A stretch of DNA of 64,000 nt from the human T2T-CHM13v2.0 reference genome, Homo sapiens. Location of the stretch: NCBI RefSeq assembly GCF_009914755.1, contig NC_060928.1; one strand, given 5' to 3'. The position numbers and the translations under genes were made by a program. The stretch's first letter is position 1. Every line of letters begins with the position of its first letter. Shown here in pieces: positions 61,452 to 64,000 of the stretch. Under the pieces are notes generated by a model, which was not told the origin of the DNA, ran no database searches, and saw only the letters and a program-made list of their open reading frames with translations.

Positions 61452-64000
61452 ATTTATATTTAAATGCCATCTATTATTTATACACCACAGTTTTTTCTAA
61501 ATATTAGTAATTGTTTTGATTGATACATCTAGTAATTTCAGTAAAAAGTAAAATCACAATTCTTGTTACTGCTATTAAAAAACTCCAAGCCTTTATTTAA
61601 GATGGATTTTTATATCACTTTTAAAGCTTCAATGTACTATTTGCAATTTATTCCTAATATATTACAATACGGGCAGATAAAGAGGCAATGAAAATTTGGA
61701 GTCTTTGACCAAGGTCATAAAGTTAGATTTTGATATTTAAAATTGTACTCTATAATCCCTGACTTCAAGGTCACTGCTCTGTCTACATTACCATATTTTC
61801 TCTCAGATTAACTCCAAATGAGAAGTTGTGTGTAAATTATTCTTTGTGTGGAAAAAAAATGTGCTATTTAAACTTCATGGTTTAAAATGTTGCTATTTAA
61901 CTATTTTTAGAGAATTGCCTGAAGTTACTAGTTTTCTTCATACAATATTTTTTTAAATTAAGTATACCTTTCAAAAATGTTTCTCAATCTCTTTAATACT
62001 ATAGTATTTAGTGTATTAATGAGCACTTTAATTGTGCAATTTTAATTATTTCACCTCTGTTAGTGGCCTTATTACTGATACTCATATTAATGGATTTCTT
62101 ACTTGTGATTATCTACTTATGGATCTTTTAAACTTAAGAATATATATTTTTAATGTGTCATTAATGCAGAGTTTCTGAGGATTTTGTCTTAAATTATTTA
62201 ACTGTAGTAGTTAAGCTTTAAATTGGTTTTCAAAGACTTTCTACAGGAGTGACTACATAAGAATTATTTTTTGATGATGTTGCCTACATTTCTTTGGAAC
62301 CAGTAAAGTGCTAGTTAATCTAGATAGTTTTAGATGCCAATTCTATTCTTCAAGCTGTCAACTTGGATTTACACTAGTATCTTCCAGCCAGTTATTAATA
62401 CTAAGAGAGCTAAATTAGAGCTGTGTGACTCAGCTTAAACTTCTATTTTTTTCTATGATGAATCCATGTATTTTAATACCAATTCTTCTGGTGTTAAACC
62501 CAGTTAAACTTACTATTATTATGACCCATGTTAACCTAGATTTTTGTTAACAGGTTGAAGCTAGTGCATTTAATTTCAAGTTTATTTAGTCATGATACCA
62601 TCTAGACTTGGAATTTACTGGATATTACTTGCGACAATCCACCCAAACTCTATGGTGCTCAGACTCATGGAACAGGGGCTCAAAGTAAATACATGTTATT
62701 TCTGATTAAATTTATCTTGCTAATGAAATGTTTTAGAAGACACTTTTGTAATTCTGTGTGACATTTACAATAGTGAGTACCCTGACTATTTATCAAATTT
62801 TGTCAGTAGGAATGTAAAGAAAATTGCATTATTTGTCAGCTTATGTTGAAAGGAGTGAAGACACTGAATTCAAGCAAACCTAAAGATAAATGCTAAGGAC
62901 ATTTTAATGGTATGTGTTGCTAATTACTCTTACTTCATTTCCTTTGCCTAAAGGCTCCTCTGGTCAGGTTCCCTTATTTCTCTTACTTGCATGTTAATAT
63001 ATCCCAACCTAATTGTGATTGACTTAAAAAGGTAAGAAAGCTGAAGCATGCCTTGATTAGGTGTTCCTGATTCTGATTACAACTATTTGCAACACCTAAT
63101 TTGCAACAACTATTCCATTACTCAATGGTGATCACTAAATTCTTGAGTCATTCATTTGAGTTTTTTCTCCCTAGCAATAAGAGCTTCAACACATTCTTAG
63201 CATGCTATCCATAGTCCTTTCCAATGTGCTGAGGCAATGTTTGCCTAAACCATTTGGCTTGGCCATTAAAAAAATTACTTTTTTGAGTGATGTAATATAG
63301 CAGCACATATATGTGTGACTTGTGATTTTAATAGTTATTAACTTTTAGATATAAACCCTGAAACATGTATGTATGATAAAGAAACAAAATAGCTACATGA
63401 CAACATAAAAGTTATAAAATTCCAATGGAAAAGCCAGAAACCATCATGTCATTTTAGAATCCCTTCAGTCCCTCAATCCCACAAATAACCATGTTTTTAC
63501 TGTATTCATATAAAAATAACTAGCAATTATTTAACACTCTGTGATAAACATTTTCCCATGCAATTTATGTGTTTTATTTAAACTTTGACAAATCACTATT
63601 GAGTAAGGGACACATTTTTATTACTTATTCTTCAGTAACAAGTTCAGTGATGAATCTGTAGATAGCAGATCAGCCTTAGTTCCATTAAAGGGCTTAGCTT
63701 CTCAATGATGCTATGAAGCATCTATATTCTTTCCATTACTCTCCTGCATGTTAGGGAAAATAAACAGGAAGTCTTTCCAGCTTTCTAACCTTACCTTCAT
63801 TTTCATTTTGCTTTTCTCTATTCAGGCAAGTCATTCCCTTCACCTCGTCTTTTCTTTTAATGACTTCTACATTAATGTACAAGAATCTTTCATTTTTATC
63901 TTATTATAGACTGATGAGGGCAATGCCCAATGAATGAACACTTCATCATCCTGAAATCTGAGTAGGTAATATTACGGCATTATGTACTCATTTTGTAAAA

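Overview
AT-rich, CpG-depleted human genomic DNA. The species call rests on a human-specific L1HS-Ta element plus AluY/S/J copies. I can support no protein-coding gene, RNA gene, CpG island or CRISPR array. The window looks intergenic or deep-intronic and is dominated by layered transposable-element fossils: L1 of many ages, Alu, MaLR/ERVL/ERV1 LTRs, L2, MIR and Tigger4. Most ORF-track entries with recognisable similarity are TE-derived and the rest look like chance ORFs. The most notable structures are: (1) a ~2.5 kb L1HS Ta-1 insertion with a twin-priming 5' inversion and a split poly(A) tail (32.9-35.4 kb); (2) a perfect 4x27-bp palindromic minisatellite inside an old L1 (59.8 kb); (3) a decayed two-LTR ERVL provirus (41.6-47.1 kb); (4) a probable ancient L1 3' transduction inside Tigger4 (55.45-55.54 kb); (5) several inversions, hairpins and local duplications. 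I found no evidence for a new biological system. Subfamily names come from recalled consensus sequences, not a database search, and boundaries of old elements are approximate.
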